A DNA stretch of 64,000 bases, from NCBI GenBank assembly GCA_030264375.1, contig JASCQW010000061.1:77382239-77446238 (forward strand). Reading direction: 5' to 3'. The position numbers and the translations under genes are program-made. The notes under the pieces were generated by a model, which did not search any database, had not been told where the DNA came from, and was given only the letters and a program-made list of their open reading frames with translations. Each line of letters starts with the position of its first letter. The stretch's first letter is position 1. This document shows positions 49,535-63,529 of this stretch, piece after piece. The DNA comes from Carcharhinus longimanus. Lineage: Eukaryota.

Positions 49535-50339
49535 CTAATAAGAAAATTAAAGATTTACTCCTATTTCAATGTAAGAAAATAATCACTTGGCAACTTTACA
49601 AACAAGAATAGTTAATAAAACAAAACGGTCCTTGAGATGGGAATGTGTTTGCACTAGTTCACTTGAATTAATGTTTGAACAGTGAATGGACAACATATGA
49701 TTCCACAGCTAATAAGAAGAAAAGATTTCTAAAAGCTACTCATATACATGATGGCTTGTGACTGTACAACGACAATACATTTACCGTGAATGCTAAATTC
49801 AATTTTGTCTTTATCCAAGAGTGAACTGCTCAAGANNNNNNNNNNTTCACTCTTAAAATGAGATGTACTGTAACCATCAAAAATCTTGAATAGAAATACA
49901 TTTCTATTTATGCTCAGTACATTTTATTCTGATGTTAATGTTATTGTATTACATAACCTGTAAGTGCATTGTAGGACCTATCCTCATACTACTGATGGAC
50001 TGACAAACAGGTAATGATTTTTCATGATATTGTATATGTGAAATCAGCGTAGACTGCCTCAACTTGCAACTTTCCCTCTCCAATCAACAGCAACCAATTT
50101 ATGTACAGCAAGGTCCCCAAACTGCAGTGAGATAATGACTAGATAATCTGCTTTTTAGTGCCATTTGAAGTATAAATACTGAGCAGGAGACTAGGGGGAC
50201 AATTCTCAGGCTCTTTTGCATCCAGTGTAAATCCTGCTATGTCAGGAAGATACCAGGAAATAGGATTAATATTAAGTGAAGAAAGATACGTTAGCCACAA
50301 AAATTTATACCCTCTCCTATGTTTCTGTAACTTGTATTG

Positions 50340-51415
50340 AGATGGATAGAAAACTGGTTGGCAGAGAGGAAACAAAGTGTAGGAGTTAATGGGTCCTTTT
50401 CAAATTGGCAGGCAATAGCTAGTATCCCTGAGGTATCTGACTACTGTATATTGTATTAACACACCATGTGTATTAATGATTTGGATGCGAGAACAAAATG
50501 TAACATCTCAAAGTTTATAGATGATATCAAGTTGGGTAGTGGGTGAACAGTGACGAGGATGCAGAGATCCTTCAGAATGACCTGGACAGATTGGGCGGGT
50601 GTGCAAATCAATGGCAGATGCAGTATAATTTGGATAAATGTGAGATTATTTGCTTTGGAAGCAAAAACAAGAAGGCAGATTACTACCTCATTGGCTGTAA
50701 ATTGGGAGAGGGGAGTGTGCAGCGGGACCTGAGTCTCTTTGTGCACCAGTCGCTGAAGGTAAGCGTGTAGGTGCAGCAGACGGTAAAGAAGGCAAATGGC
50801 ATGTTGGCCTTTATTGCAAGAGGTTTTAAGTACAGGAGTAGGGATGTGTTACTGCAATTATACAGGGCCTTGGTGAGGCCACACCTTGAATATTGTGTGC
50901 AGTTTTGGTCTTCTTTTCTGAGGAAGGATGTTCTTACTCTCGAGGCAGCGCAGCGAAGGTGTATCAGGCTGATTCTGGGAATGGTGGGATTGATGTACGA
51001 GAAGAGATTGACTAGGTGAGGATTGTTTTCGCTGGAGTTCAGACAAATGAGGGGGGCGTTGTTCTCAGGGACTTATAACATTCTAACTGGACTAGACAGG
51101 GTAGATGCAAGGAGGATGTTCCCAGTGGTGGGGTAATCCAGAACTAGGGGCCATAGTCTGAGGATTCAGGGTAGACCATTTAGGACAGAGGTGAGGAGAC
51201 ATTTCTTCACCCAAAAAGTGGTGAGCCTGTGGAATTCATTACCACAAGAAGTAATTGATGCCTTAACATTGAATGTATTCATGAGGTGGTTATGTATAGC
51301 ACTTGAGGCAAAAGGGATCAAATGTTATGGGGAGAAAACAGGATCAGCCATGATCGTAATGCATGTTCAAAGGACCAAATGACCTCCTCTTGCTCCTATC
51401 TTCTACGTTTCTATG
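50340..51415 (+). mobile_element. CR1/HER1 LINE 3' ~1.1 kb
   Basis: INDLD, SKF.DD.KLG, LYRALVRPHLEYCVQFWS and FFTQKVVSLWNSLP; CR1 3' UTR. Confidence 0.93.
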
Positions 51416-52152
51416 TTTTTGTGGGGGGCTACTGGTAAGGCAAATGTGTTGTTCTAAACATAGATATGTCTGGTCCTGACTCTGCACTTTAGAGACCAAG
51501 ATGTTCTTGTGGACTAGCATCAAACAAGCATAAGGGCAATATCAGGAATTTCCAATTATTACCTTAGGATCAACTGTGGTGTGCCTGGTCAGATCAGCCA
51601 CACCTCACCAATAAGCAGCTGAAATAGGTCCACCTGGAGAATCAGGCCGAACCCAATTTGTAGGAGGGAATTTTTTTTAAAATTGCCACAAAGTGTCTCC
51701 AGTATAAAGAACCACAGGAAGCACCTTAAGCTGCATGTGTAGCTTCAGCTGAACTTTATAGCTCCTTTAATAGGTAGCCGTCTTTGATTTTCCCCTGGTT
51801 GGGTGGTTCCTGTTAATGGGAGGCAAAAAATTAATCCTTCCCTGATGCACTGAAGTCAATAGCTCTTCAATCCTGCATTCCCGAGTGGAGCGGAGAAATA
51901 AAGAGCAGGCAGACAGACAGAGCTATGACAATGTACTTCGGAATCTCAAAACTGCACATCAAATAAGCACAGCTTCCTACTGGGACTGCAGAATTGGTGA
52001 TTCTTCCCATTTTATATTAATAGTAACAGAGTGTTTCCAACCTTTTTTCCTCGCCCACAATTCTAAAATTCGTTAGGATAATAAACTGGGGTGAGGATAG
52101 ATGTTTTTTCTAAAATATTTTTGGAAAATTTTGTGCTGTTCTGCAAAGGCGG

Positions 52153-52153
<1 letters not shown>

Positions 52154-52199
<46 letters not shown>
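52154..52199. repeat. (TG)23 microsatellite
   Basis: Directly visible. Confidence 0.97.
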
Positions 52200-52201
<2 letters not shown>

Positions 52202-53499
52202 TAAGAGAGGAGGGGCTGTGTTAAATAAGCTGGGGAAAGATTAATAGAGACAACTTGACTGGGAGAATTGAGAGATGAAAGGGTTAAAAGTGCTAAATGC
52301 AAAAATTTGTAATAAGAGGCCATGATGAAGTGGATTTAAAAGTAAATAGGTTAGGTTTAGAAATTTGCATTTAGGATAGATAGGGGCAGCTGTTAAATTT
52401 CAAAGGAACTTTCATAACTTACAAAGATTTCAGAAGTAACATGGGAAGATTATTAAATTTCATTGGACCCCAAAGGGGAGACAACAGGAAAACATTAAAG
52501 ACTTTTGTATTTTGGAAAAGTTGAGATCAAAGAGGACAATGGAATTGAAAATGAAAGGTAAAAAGGATATTTACATTAATGTGTTGAGCTGAACTGTGTT
52601 GCCTCTGTGGGGAAGATATCCTGGGAACAGATCTGTGCTGACAGAAGGTATAAAATCTGAAACAGCCATCCAGAAAACATAACAGTCTTTTGTTTCAGGA
52701 AGCAGTCTTGTTTCTGAATTTTCTTATATGTCCACAGCAGAGTTTGAGAAGTTGCATGGTTTATCTTTACTCCAGTAACAGTGGGTTTGCCTTGGGTAAA
52801 ATTACTGGATATTCAGAGTTAAAAATCTATAAAGGAGTGTTGGCGAGATGTTTACTTGTGTGCTCTGATTGTGAAGGCTCTGTTGGGAAGGTTTTGTACG
52901 ACCATTTTAACAATGTAACTCTCATCTTGTGCACTTAGTTTTTAAAATCCCAAAAGAGTAACTTGAATTTTATAGTCCTGGAATCAGTAACTTTTTTCCA
53001 TCATTTTCAGAATACAAAAAAAAATTATGATTAGTAAGACAAGTTCCCCTCTGGGATTTGGCTTGCTCAGCTCATCTATTGTGGTTTAACACAAGCTGAT
53101 GTACAAGCACAACCCCAAATAATATTTTAGTTTGATAATTCTAATCCAACCACTGGTTAAAAGAGAAATACGCGTTTCAACTCTCATCACATGAATATCA
53201 CATGCTGTAAAGATTGCATAAAGGCTGCAGTTTATCAGGGCTCAGGACAGAAGACTCGAGAGGAGCTGCTTCATTCCATACACGAGCATAGGAATACCAG
53301 CAAATCTCACTTTACTGGGCACGGCAACAGACAAGGAGGGGGGTCAGAAGACAACCAGGCAAGTTCAAGGCTATGGGAAGGTAGCCACGACCCATTACTA
53401 GCTCATGTAGCTTGTCTACTGGATTTAACAGAATTACCTTAATTTCTGCAAGAAGTGTCGCACAACAGAATTATGCTTTATCCAAGGAAGCCATTGATG

Positions 53500-54030
53500 A
53501 ACTCTTGGGATCACCTCTGCTGTCAAGCAGCAGCTAAAGAACAGGATGGTGAAAGGCAGTAAAAATAGGAATCCTTTTTTGTCAAACAATCTTTCCAATT
53601 CACCCATCAGATGGAGAATTATCCATGATTGACCAGTTTGCAGTTCAAGACTGCATAACCAAAGCCATCACTGCCTTAAATACGACACCATGAAACGGCA
53701 GGTACAGTAAGCGTTACAGGATTTTTTTCCCCAAAGATGTGACATTCCAAGAATAGATGGCACCACAAACTGGCTCCTGTGGGTCATTGTGTATATATAC
53801 ACACACAACATAGCACAAAATTCATTAAGCAGAAATGATCCCAATATTCTGTAAGTTCTGCGCATATTTTCCTGGGGACATCCATTGCTGCTCATGCCTT
53901 ATAGGGTCCAGGCTATCAAGTTAAGCAGTTGGTTCCTCTGAGATATAGGTTATCTACTCACAATGTGGTTCCTGACACCACTAAGCATCACTCAGCAAGG
54001 AGCATGCAATATAATTCCTCACTGAACAGG
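53500..54030 (+). pseudogene. Fossil PIF/Harbinger (HARBI1-like) DDE transposase
   Basis: Motifs in correct order: GELSMIDQFAVQDCI (~53613), IDGT (~53753), AYFPGDIH (~53862), WFL*DIGYLLTMWFLTPL (~53930); frameshifts and a stop. Confidence 0.72.
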
Positions 54031-54039
54031 CATTTTGGA

Positions 54040-55320
54040 TCAAAGAATCAGAATGATTAAAACTCAGGTGATGAGGTCTGTTGAATTGGTACCAACTCTC
54101 CGCAACAGCAACTCAGCTAGTCCCACAATCCTCCCTCACCTCAAGGTCCTTCAATGTTTTCTCCTCAGGTGCTTATCCAATTCCTTTCGAAAGGCGTGAT
54201 TGAGTATGCCTCACTACCTCCTAAGGCTGTGTATTCCAGATCCTATCCACATTAAGTAAAAGGTTTTTCCTCTTGGTGCTTTTGATTTTTTTGCCAATCA
54301 CCTTAAATTTGTTTCCTCTGCCTATTTACTCTGTTCAGGCCCCATCTGATTCTGAACTCCTCTTTCAAATCTCCACTCAATCCCCTCCTTCCAAAGAACA
54401 ATCCCATTCTCTCCAAACTATGTATCTAAACCTTTCAAACCCTTCCTGAATTGCACTGCCCAGGATCAGACACAACACACAACTTAAAATTCATCATAAC
54501 TTCTTTGCTGCTGTATTCTATGCCTCAATTTCTAAAGCCCAGGTTCTCATACGTTTCCTCTACTGCTTCCACAAACTGCCCTGACACTTTCAACAATTTT
54601 TACACGTATACCGAGGTCACTGTTTCTGCACCTTCTTTAATACTGTACCCTTCATACGATATTGCCTCCCCTCGTTCTTCCCATCAAAATACATCACTTC
54701 ACGCTTCCCACATTACATTTTATCTGCACCTTGGATAGTCATTTCAAATGACTCTCTGTCTTCTTGAAGACTATCACTGTCCTCCTCACAGTTCACAATA
54801 TTTCCATATTTTGTGTTACCTGTAAATTGTAAAAATGTGCCCTGTATAACCCAAGCTTAAATTATGAATACATATTAAGTGGTCATAATTCTGAGCCTTG
54901 GGGAACCAAACTGTATACCTTCCTCCAGTCTGAAAAACAACCACTCACTACTGCTCCGTCTCTCAGACAACTTTGTATTGGTGCTGCCATTATCCCTTTT
55001 ATTCCATGTGCTTCAACTTTGCATGCAAGCCTATTGCATGGCACTGTATCAAGCACTGTCTGGATATCCAAATGAATCACCGCAACCCTCTTTATTACCT
55101 CAAGAAACTCAATCAAGTTAGTTAAACATGATTTTCATGTAATAAATCCAGGCTGGCTTTGCTTAATTAACCCACACTTGTTCAAGAGAGTGTTAATTTT
55201 GTTCCACATTAACATCTCTAAGCTTTCCTATCTTCAAACATAAATTGACAGGCCTGTCATTGCTGGATTTCTCCTTGCACCTTTTTTTTGAACAATGGTG
55301 TAACATTTGCAATATTCCAC
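54040..55320 (-). mobile_element. Decayed CR1 LINE 3' part
   Basis: Track ORF 54883..55116 ..VIHLDIQ...D.VP.NRL..KVEAHGIKG...VPQGS.L is CR1 RT. Confidence 0.82.
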
Positions 55321-58195
55321 TGATTTATCAATGCTAACGACTCACTGTGCCCATCCTAGTCCAATGCTGGCATCTCTACATTATGGCTACCAATTAAAAA
55401 CACACATCAGAAACTTTTATCCCATCCACAATTTAAATGTCTACATTAGGGCATTTTAAGTCCTCTAATATCACGACTCTTATGGCTCTTGCACTTCTCT
55501 GCAACTTCCCTGCAAATTTGCTCTTCTACACCTTTCACACTAGTTGGTCTGATCAATTGTGGTTCTATTACTTCTATTGCATGGCCAGAGCGCTACAATT
55601 TACCACAGATAGTTGAAGTGCTGCACAAGGTATTTGTGAAATGGAACATGCCTGTCTGGTGATGAAACACAGCAATAAACCATGGTAGGAGCTGGAAGGA
55701 GGAGTTAATAGAAGCAGGCTATCTGCCCAGAAGGCAATATAAATCCACAATACTCCAATTAAAGACTTTTTCCCTCAAGGCCTGCCTTTCCATTCAACTT
55801 TATTTTTCTCTTTTTTTCATAAAGTGATCCTATTACAACTGAAAAGAATGCACTGACTGCAACATTTAAGTTAATTTGTTGTATCTTCGAGTAGTAGTGC
55901 AATGTGTATTTAGTGATGATGTGCTGCTGTGTTATCTCTTTGTGTTACATACAATATCGTGCACAGTAATACGGTTGGTCAATTTTCTAAATAATGTACT
56001 ATCGTAATAAGTAGTTGTGAAGGTATCTTGAGAAATCCCCCCCCAAGGGTCTGCATATAATTTCACTGCCATTTATACCAACTGTCATGCGATCGTTGCC
56101 AAACAAGCATGCAAGTTTGTGCCAATTTCACTGCTAGCTGCAGTAATGTTTTCCTCCTGAGCTACTCATCCTGTCCTGTTATTCCTCACTGCCCCATTAT
56201 TCCACCTCCAGGAACATCAGACAAAGTACATTCCCTCTCTTCATCTGACTGAAGACACACTTCTTCAGCTCCAGAACACCCAAAAGCACAAACAATAATA
56301 GTTATCGGACCACCTGAAACAACACTGCCATTGTGAAGCTAAGCTAGTGATGCCATGATTGCATGCCATGTAAAGACAGAGTAATATACTCACCAAAATT
56401 GACTCAACCTGTGATGAGTCTCTTTGGTGGACTTTGTATGTGTACAATATTTGTGACTCCGCAGAGCTCCTGAAGGTTACTCTTGGGAAATATGATTTAC
56501 GGATAGCAGTTAATAAGTTTTGATTATTTTTCTCCTTATCTGCTCAGATGATCATTACTCACGTCAGCTGACCTTACAGTCTACCTTAGCTGAATTTCAT
56601 CCACTTTAACTGGCTCCCTATCCCATTGATCCTTTTCTCTCTCTCTCGTTTTTTTTNNNNNNNNNNTTCCTGCAGTCATTTAGATAGATTGTGACAGATC
56701 CCCCTCACTTTCACTTGCTGAAAGGAGGAGATTTTCTGATCAACTTTGTTTCAGCTAAGTATCTTGCTTGCTTGACATACAGAATTAGAATTAGTTTATA
56801 TTTTCTGCTGTTCGTGACTCAAATTAAACAGTCATCTTCTCGGTCAGTTTTTTTTTCATTTTCCAATATCTGTTTGTTATCCTTTTGTTATCTTAACTTC
56901 AATAGGTCTTGCTTAAATTGTTTTAAAAGCTGCCCAATATTTAGATAAGTAGGTTTTTTCCTGCTTTTATTGACAAGTAGTTGCTAACCCTTGGCACCAA
57001 AGTATTCAAAGTCAAAACAACCAATATAGATTTATTTCAGAATGTCGTTGAAAATATGTGCAAATTGAATCAAATATTTGTTTTTGAAGTCTTGGTTGAT
57101 CTTAAACAGATTGTTAATCTTTGTGACATATTATTCAGAATATTTTTATTTTAAAGTTATCATTTTACATTTGCCATGAAATGCAACAAATCCCAAAAAC
57201 TCATACAGTACAGAGTAATCATTATTCCACAATAACATACAGAAAAGACCAGTGAATATTCATATAAATGATTCCAATTATCCATCATTGCAATCGGCAT
57301 CAGCTCTCGTACAAATAAACAAAGGATACCAGAAAGGGAGTGGGATCTTAGGGCGACAGGATAAAACTCATGAGCCCATAGCCCTGTGGTGCAAACCCTC
57401 CTTCACAGAATAACATAGAAATGGCTACAAAATATACAAGATTCCTTTTGGGGTAATATATAAGAGCCGAATGCAGCATCACAGGGCCTCCAAGCAATGA
57501 AGTATAATTCAGAAAAGGGAAATATCAGGGTACCGGCATTGGTACAAGCAANNNNNNNNNNNNNNNNNNNNNNNNNNNNNNNNNNNNNNNNNNCCACTAC
57601 TGCACTGACCTGCTCAACAACATTCTACAATAAGGGCCAAGAAACCAAGAATACTCTCAGCACTCTTACATGCCAACTTTCCCTGTCTCCAGGTTCGCCA
57701 AGAGTGCCATCTAGGCCCTTCTATCAACAAGATTAAACCCATCATCCCTCATCAGAGAAACCTTAACAACTGGATAATATGCCCATCACACATTCCATGG
57801 GCCAAATAATCACATAACTACTGTCAATGCCTGCACAGCAAAATCAAAAAAGACCAACCTAACAAGGCCAAATATACAAGGATTAGTCATCTATGCCCGG
57901 ATGTGCACCAAAACATAAATCCTAACTCTGTAACAGCACTAAAGACGCAACGACAGAGAAAAAAAAAGATCCAGTCTTTTCCAGGATACATGATCTGTCA
58001 GTACTTTCTCAGGAAACAAGCAAGGATTCCTTAGTCCCATGATAACCAAAATACAAAAGAAAAATACGACCCCAATAGTACTAACAGGGCAATTCCCTTA
58101 CCCACTACAAGGACTCATGAGGCCATTTCAACCATCTCTGCATCAAACCACCTATCCACCACGCTGCTGTGGCACTACCCAGCTTAAAAAAAGTA

Positions 58196-58419
58196 AAAGA
58201 TACTCAAATTGTACTCACCTAGTGTTCAAGAATTACAGCACATTAACAAAGAAACAAACCAGATAAAGATTGAGGTTTAATAGTTTGTGGGTCTCCTTTC
58301 CATTGGGGAATATGTTGAGTTGGTTGTGGCCTGAGGGTTGTGTGGTATTTATCTGGTTTGTTTCTTTGTTAATGTGCTGTAATTCTTGTACACTAGGTGA
58401 GTACAATTTGAGTATCTTT
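58196..58419. repeat. Inverted repeat, 72-bp arms (58196-58267 and 58348-58419), 1 mismatch, 80-nt spacer
   Basis: Manual reverse-complement alignment, 71/72 identical. Confidence 0.93.
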
Positions 58420-58496
58420 AGGGTGTATGATTGAGAGCATAGAGATTTTGTCACCAGTTACACTGAAAATTGGGTTTGCTCTCAATCATACACCCT
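58420..58496. repeat. Inverted repeat, perfect 20-bp arms (58420-58439 and 58477-58496), 37-nt spacer
   Basis: agggtgtatgattgagagca / tgctctcaatcatacaccct. Confidence 0.92.
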
Positions 58497-59273
58497 TGCC
58501 AGAATAAAAGNNNNNNNNNNNNNNNNNNNNNNNNNNNNNNNNNNNNNNNNNNNNNNNNNNNNNNNNNNNNNNNNNNNNNNNNNNNNNNNNNNNNNNNNNN
58601 NNNNNNNNNNCAGAATAAAAGACAATGGATGGGATTCTCCTGTTTCTCAGCCGCTGGGAGGCGACGCGACACTTGCCAGTGGCAGGATCTTCCACTCCTG
58701 CTGTTGTACAATAGGATTTCCCATTGATTTCACCCCATGCTGCAGGATTGGACTGTCAGCAAGACCAGAAGATTGAGGTGAAACTATTTTAAAGCACAAT
58801 CGCTGTGCTCAAAATAGTGAATGGACATGGACAGTTGAGGACAATGCTTTCCTAGCTCCATGACTTCAAAGGCAGACAGTATGAAATGAGGGTGATTACA
58901 AAGACAAGACAATGTAAAACGATACATAAACAGGTGTGCTCCCAAAACTGAGAAACAGTCAATTGCCAGTGATCTGAATGCTATTATAATTGTAAGTCTG
59001 TAGTCATTCCCAAACTAGATAAAACATGCTCTATTTAATATATTAGTGCTACACATCCAACAAATGCAATTCCCAATTGCTTACACAAAAGCTTTCTGCG
59101 ACCCAATAAAACTGTTGGTATCCATTGTGGTAACATGAAACAGAACCTCACATTAGCGAATCAAAGACGAGTTTCGATGAGAAATGAAATGTAAAAATAG
59201 GATTTTTTTAAAAGCAGAATGTTACAATGAATATAACATTGCAATCAATTGTACAGTATAAATCTCAGTGATG

Positions 59274-59561
59274 ATGGCACAGTGGTTAACACTGCTGTCT
59301 CACAGTACCAGGGACCCGGGTTCAATTCTCGGCTTGGGTCACTGTTTGTGTGGAGTTTGTACATTCTCCCCATGTCAGCGTGGGTTTCCTCCAGGTGCTC
59401 CGGTTTCCACTCACAGTCCAACGATGTGCTGGTTAGGTGCATAGGCCATGCTAAATTCTCCTTCAGCGTACTCGAACAGGCACCAGAGTGTGGCAACTCA
59501 GGGATTTCCACAGTAACTTCACTGCAGTGTTAATGTAAGCCTACTTGTGACTAATAAATAA
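59274..59561 (+). mobile_element. tRNA-derived SINE, same subtype as 8229-8500
   Basis: A and B boxes, V-like domain, tail gtgttaatgtaagcctacttgtgactaataaataaa. Confidence 0.87.
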
Positions 59562-62500
59562 ACTTTAGCTTTATGTTCATCAATTGTTTGTTAAAACCAG
59601 ATCTTTAACTTTCATAAGTTCTTGGGGCAGATAGAAACCATCAGATTTCAAGAAAAGAGTAAATATGATCAGGGCTAGGAGACATATTATGAACATGCTC
59701 ATACAATTTATGAATCTTGATTTTATATTATTTAAGATGTTCTTATCCTCTGCTGCCACCAAAAAACTGGATCCTTCTGCACGTCTAAAAAAAAATCACC
59801 TCATCTCCCTAATGCAAGTAAACCAAACTGATGCTGGAATGTAGATTTAAATACCATGTGGACATGAGGCATGAACACAAACTATGTCAACACTTCAGAG
59901 CACGAGCAAAGGACTGCTATCTTGACAGAGGTGCAGTGCTTCAGAGGAGATGTGAAATCAAGGTCTCACCTGTATACTCAGACTTCAGCTGCCAGCTCTC
60001 CAAGTTGTCCATGAGTCTCCTAAAATGGAAGATTAATTTCTGTGGTATTGCTGCAAGGAACCTGGAGGAAATTTACATTCCACCCCCCCCACCGCCTCAG
60101 TTGGTGCAGAGATGGACAAGGGAGGTTGGGGGATGGGGACCGGGTGGGGACAGAGCTTAAAATTGCACAGACAGGTTTCTCTTGACAATTCCAACTCGCC
60201 CCAATCTGATTGCAATTTTACACTTGGCTGGGCAGGGTCTCAGAAGGAAAGCCCTTAAGTGGTCACTAAGGCTGACAGGCGGATGATAGATCAGGGGGAA
60301 CCTAAAATTGAACAAAATTTGATCTCAGTGGGTGGGCGTTGCCATGAGAATCCCCCTTCTGACTGGCAGCACCCTTCCCTTAGGGTTCACTAACCTCCAG
60401 TACACCCCCTCTCCTCTGAGACCGTGATTGACCCAAGCCTCCCAATCTCCCCCACAATCCATCCCCCACCTCCCACTGTCCCTGGCAACTTGCCCTTCCT
60501 CCGGTTCCTGCATTTAGTTCCAGTTAGCTAGCTGCAGTGCCTCCTCTGGCCACTGTAGTGCTGTTCCTGGAACGACCAGAAAGCTGCAGGCCGATCAATT
60601 GCATGGAAGCCCCGCCTTCTGTCAATCAATGCTCATTAGAGCGAGAAATGGCATTGGGCCTGCTGGAGTCCGTTCACTACCAACTTTTCTGGCCTGGTTG
60701 AGTTCACACTTCAGGATTCAGACATTCTTTTCCAATGCATTTTGTCCTAGTTTGTGACGTCCCTGCATATTCCATGAGGCCCATTTCAGTCATTGTTCGT
60801 TTGAAATGAACAAAGTCACCACTCAATGGCTTGAGCTTGCATAATCACATGCACACATTGCCCAACTGGAGAATTCAGCCAAAGGGAAATCCCAACTCCA
60901 ACTTGCCAAGTTGATACGTGGTGAGAGATTGCTGCTTTTCCCAATCCCAGTGATATATCCAGAACAAAAGGGATGAGAAATGGGTAACGAAAAATTAATT
61001 GCATTTGACATTCCACTCTGAATGGAGAAAAACTGCACAAAGAACATTTTGCAACAAGATCCCATCAACAAAATGATTAGTATCAGAAATGGTCAAAGAA
61101 AATCAATTCTTCAAATGACAATGATTTATAACACCACAAATAACATACTCACAGTTCATGAGCAATTTCATGCAATTTATAGATGCAACCAAATGTACCA
61201 ATAAGCTTATCAGATTGGACGTATTATTTTCATTAAAGGCAGAACCACAATTTCACTTTAGTTGCTGTATACATCCATGGTAATAATTAGACATTGAGAA
61301 TATCTTCAAAAGAAAATTATTTACTCGCCCAAGAACAAAATTGAAGTCAGGCTTTGAAGTGCTATATTGCATTCAAATACTGATATTTCAGAGCAATTTG
61401 CAAGAGTAAAGATACAACCACTGTGGAAGTCATTATGTAAGAAATACTGCTTTCTCGTTTCTCAGCCTGCAACCTCTCTGCGTGTTAGTTTCATTAAAAC
61501 ATAGGAACTACCGTAATAAAGATTCACTTTATGTTATCACACAGGGAAATGCCACATTCAGCTCTATACAAGTTGGTTCACGTGGCAGATAAAGAAGCAT
61601 GTATCAGAGGGAAAAAAACAAATAATAAAGAGCTTGAAGCAAAGGGACGTAATTCTGACAAATCTAAAACCAAATTAGACAAGGAAGTAAGTGACTAGCA
61701 AACTGAAAAAAGAAATAAATGGCAGAAGGGAGGAAAATAACTGGAAAGATGGCGATAACAAAGATAAAGAGGCAGACAATGCAATGTATTGGTATATAAA
61801 GATATGTCTTTGCAACATATTGCATTTAGGTTTCTTACATGGGATTTACAGTGGTAAAATGTCACTCTTAAATAGTTATCACTAAATTGGTAATTTTTAA
61901 CGATTATCTGTCTATACATGTTCTAACTTTGTGTTGATGATATTATTGCTCAAAAAGGTTTTCTTCATGGTTTTTCCCACATATTTATAAAACTCCAATG
62001 TGATGAAACACAGGACCCACAAATTGAGTCCTAGTGTATCCCATATTATCAGCAAATACAACACAAAAGGTCTGTATGTTACAATAACCTTGAATCTCTG
62101 TATTTAATACAAACTCATAATTTATATACAAAGACAAAATAGAGCGTTTCTTATAAATTTCAGCCTGTTATTTCATAACACAGAATGGCCTAGAAATTCA
62201 TGCATGATCATTTTTGGGGGTGCAAAATGGCTGAATTTTTACGTCAAACTGTTTAAATAGGAAATCTTGTCCATGTCAAGGAGAATCAAAATCTGCATGC
62301 ATAGTACAGGTGCCGCATACTTTGCTTAAAGAAAATAAAGCTCAGTGCTCCATGAAACATATCAGAAGGTGCCAAAGATGTACAGTTTCAAATTCAAACA
62401 AAGAGCAGAGGCCTTTTCCCTGGTGTTCAGACCACTATTTATCTCTCAATCAAGATCAGTAAACAAATTATGTGGTTATCTCTTTGCTGTTTGTGGGGCT

Positions 62501-63529
62501 TTGCTGTGTGCTGCTGCATTTTCAAAATTATTATATCTGCAGTAATTATGACAACACTTCAAATGTACTTAATTAGCTGTAAAACACATTGGGACTTCTT
62601 GAGGTCACGGAAGGTGCTATATAAATATAATTTATTTCTTTTCATTCTGTTTCTGACAGTAGAATCTGCACGGTTAGATCTGTTTTGTTTTATTCACTTT
62701 TTTCACATGTACTGAGGACATAAGATGCTGTACTGATGCAAGTTGCTTTGTTCTATCTTATTTCTGTTGCAAGCACCACCTGCTGCTTCATGCTGCTGCC
62801 CATAGAAGCCACGAGAATGATTTTCTCAAAAAGGAAATTATTTTGTGGGTAATTGTGCATTTAAAATTGGCGTACAAATTTCAAGTGAAATTTTAAATTT
62901 GGTTACTAATGTATTTCTGTTGCCCAGGTCGTTCCAGGTGGTCAAGGGGACAGTTAAGCCAGAAATCACAATCCTAAGCTTTGTATTGTATTCAAATAAT
63001 TGATGCATTTTAGAAATGAAAAAGCTGATCTATTGTGCATTTTTGCAGCTTCAAACTGCTAGTTTTATTATAACCAAATCATTAGCAAATGCAGCTATTG
63101 ACTATTTAATATGTCAGCTTCTATTGATGCAGCACATTCACAACATTTTATGTTTTTTTAAGAAAAGCAGGCCAACTGAATTAGTACAACAGGAAATTAC
63201 AACTGACTGCAGCTTACCAAATCCAGGAATAGCTTCCAATAAAACAAATGAATAATGTATTCTGTGCAATCACAGCAGCTAAGTGATTATACAAAATAAC
63301 ATCTACAGTATGGAATGCTTTGCAAGGTTTAATCAATTTGATGGCAGTATTTCAGCAAATAATTTATTACAGTACACCTCAAAACTTATACAAAGCTTTT
63401 CCACTGTTCATTTCTAATTCACTCATTTTCTATTCTGAGTACAAAGAATGCTGAAAACAAAAGTTAACATAATCACAGGGGAGTCATTGACGGAAACATT
63501 GCAGACTGGTAAGAAAAATTTAAGAAATG

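Noticed and set aside
61691-61885. ORF containing WKDG, recalling the first-exon motif EWKDG of L3MBTL proteins
   Set aside because: Wrong strand and lacks the following TLPGS.LK motif
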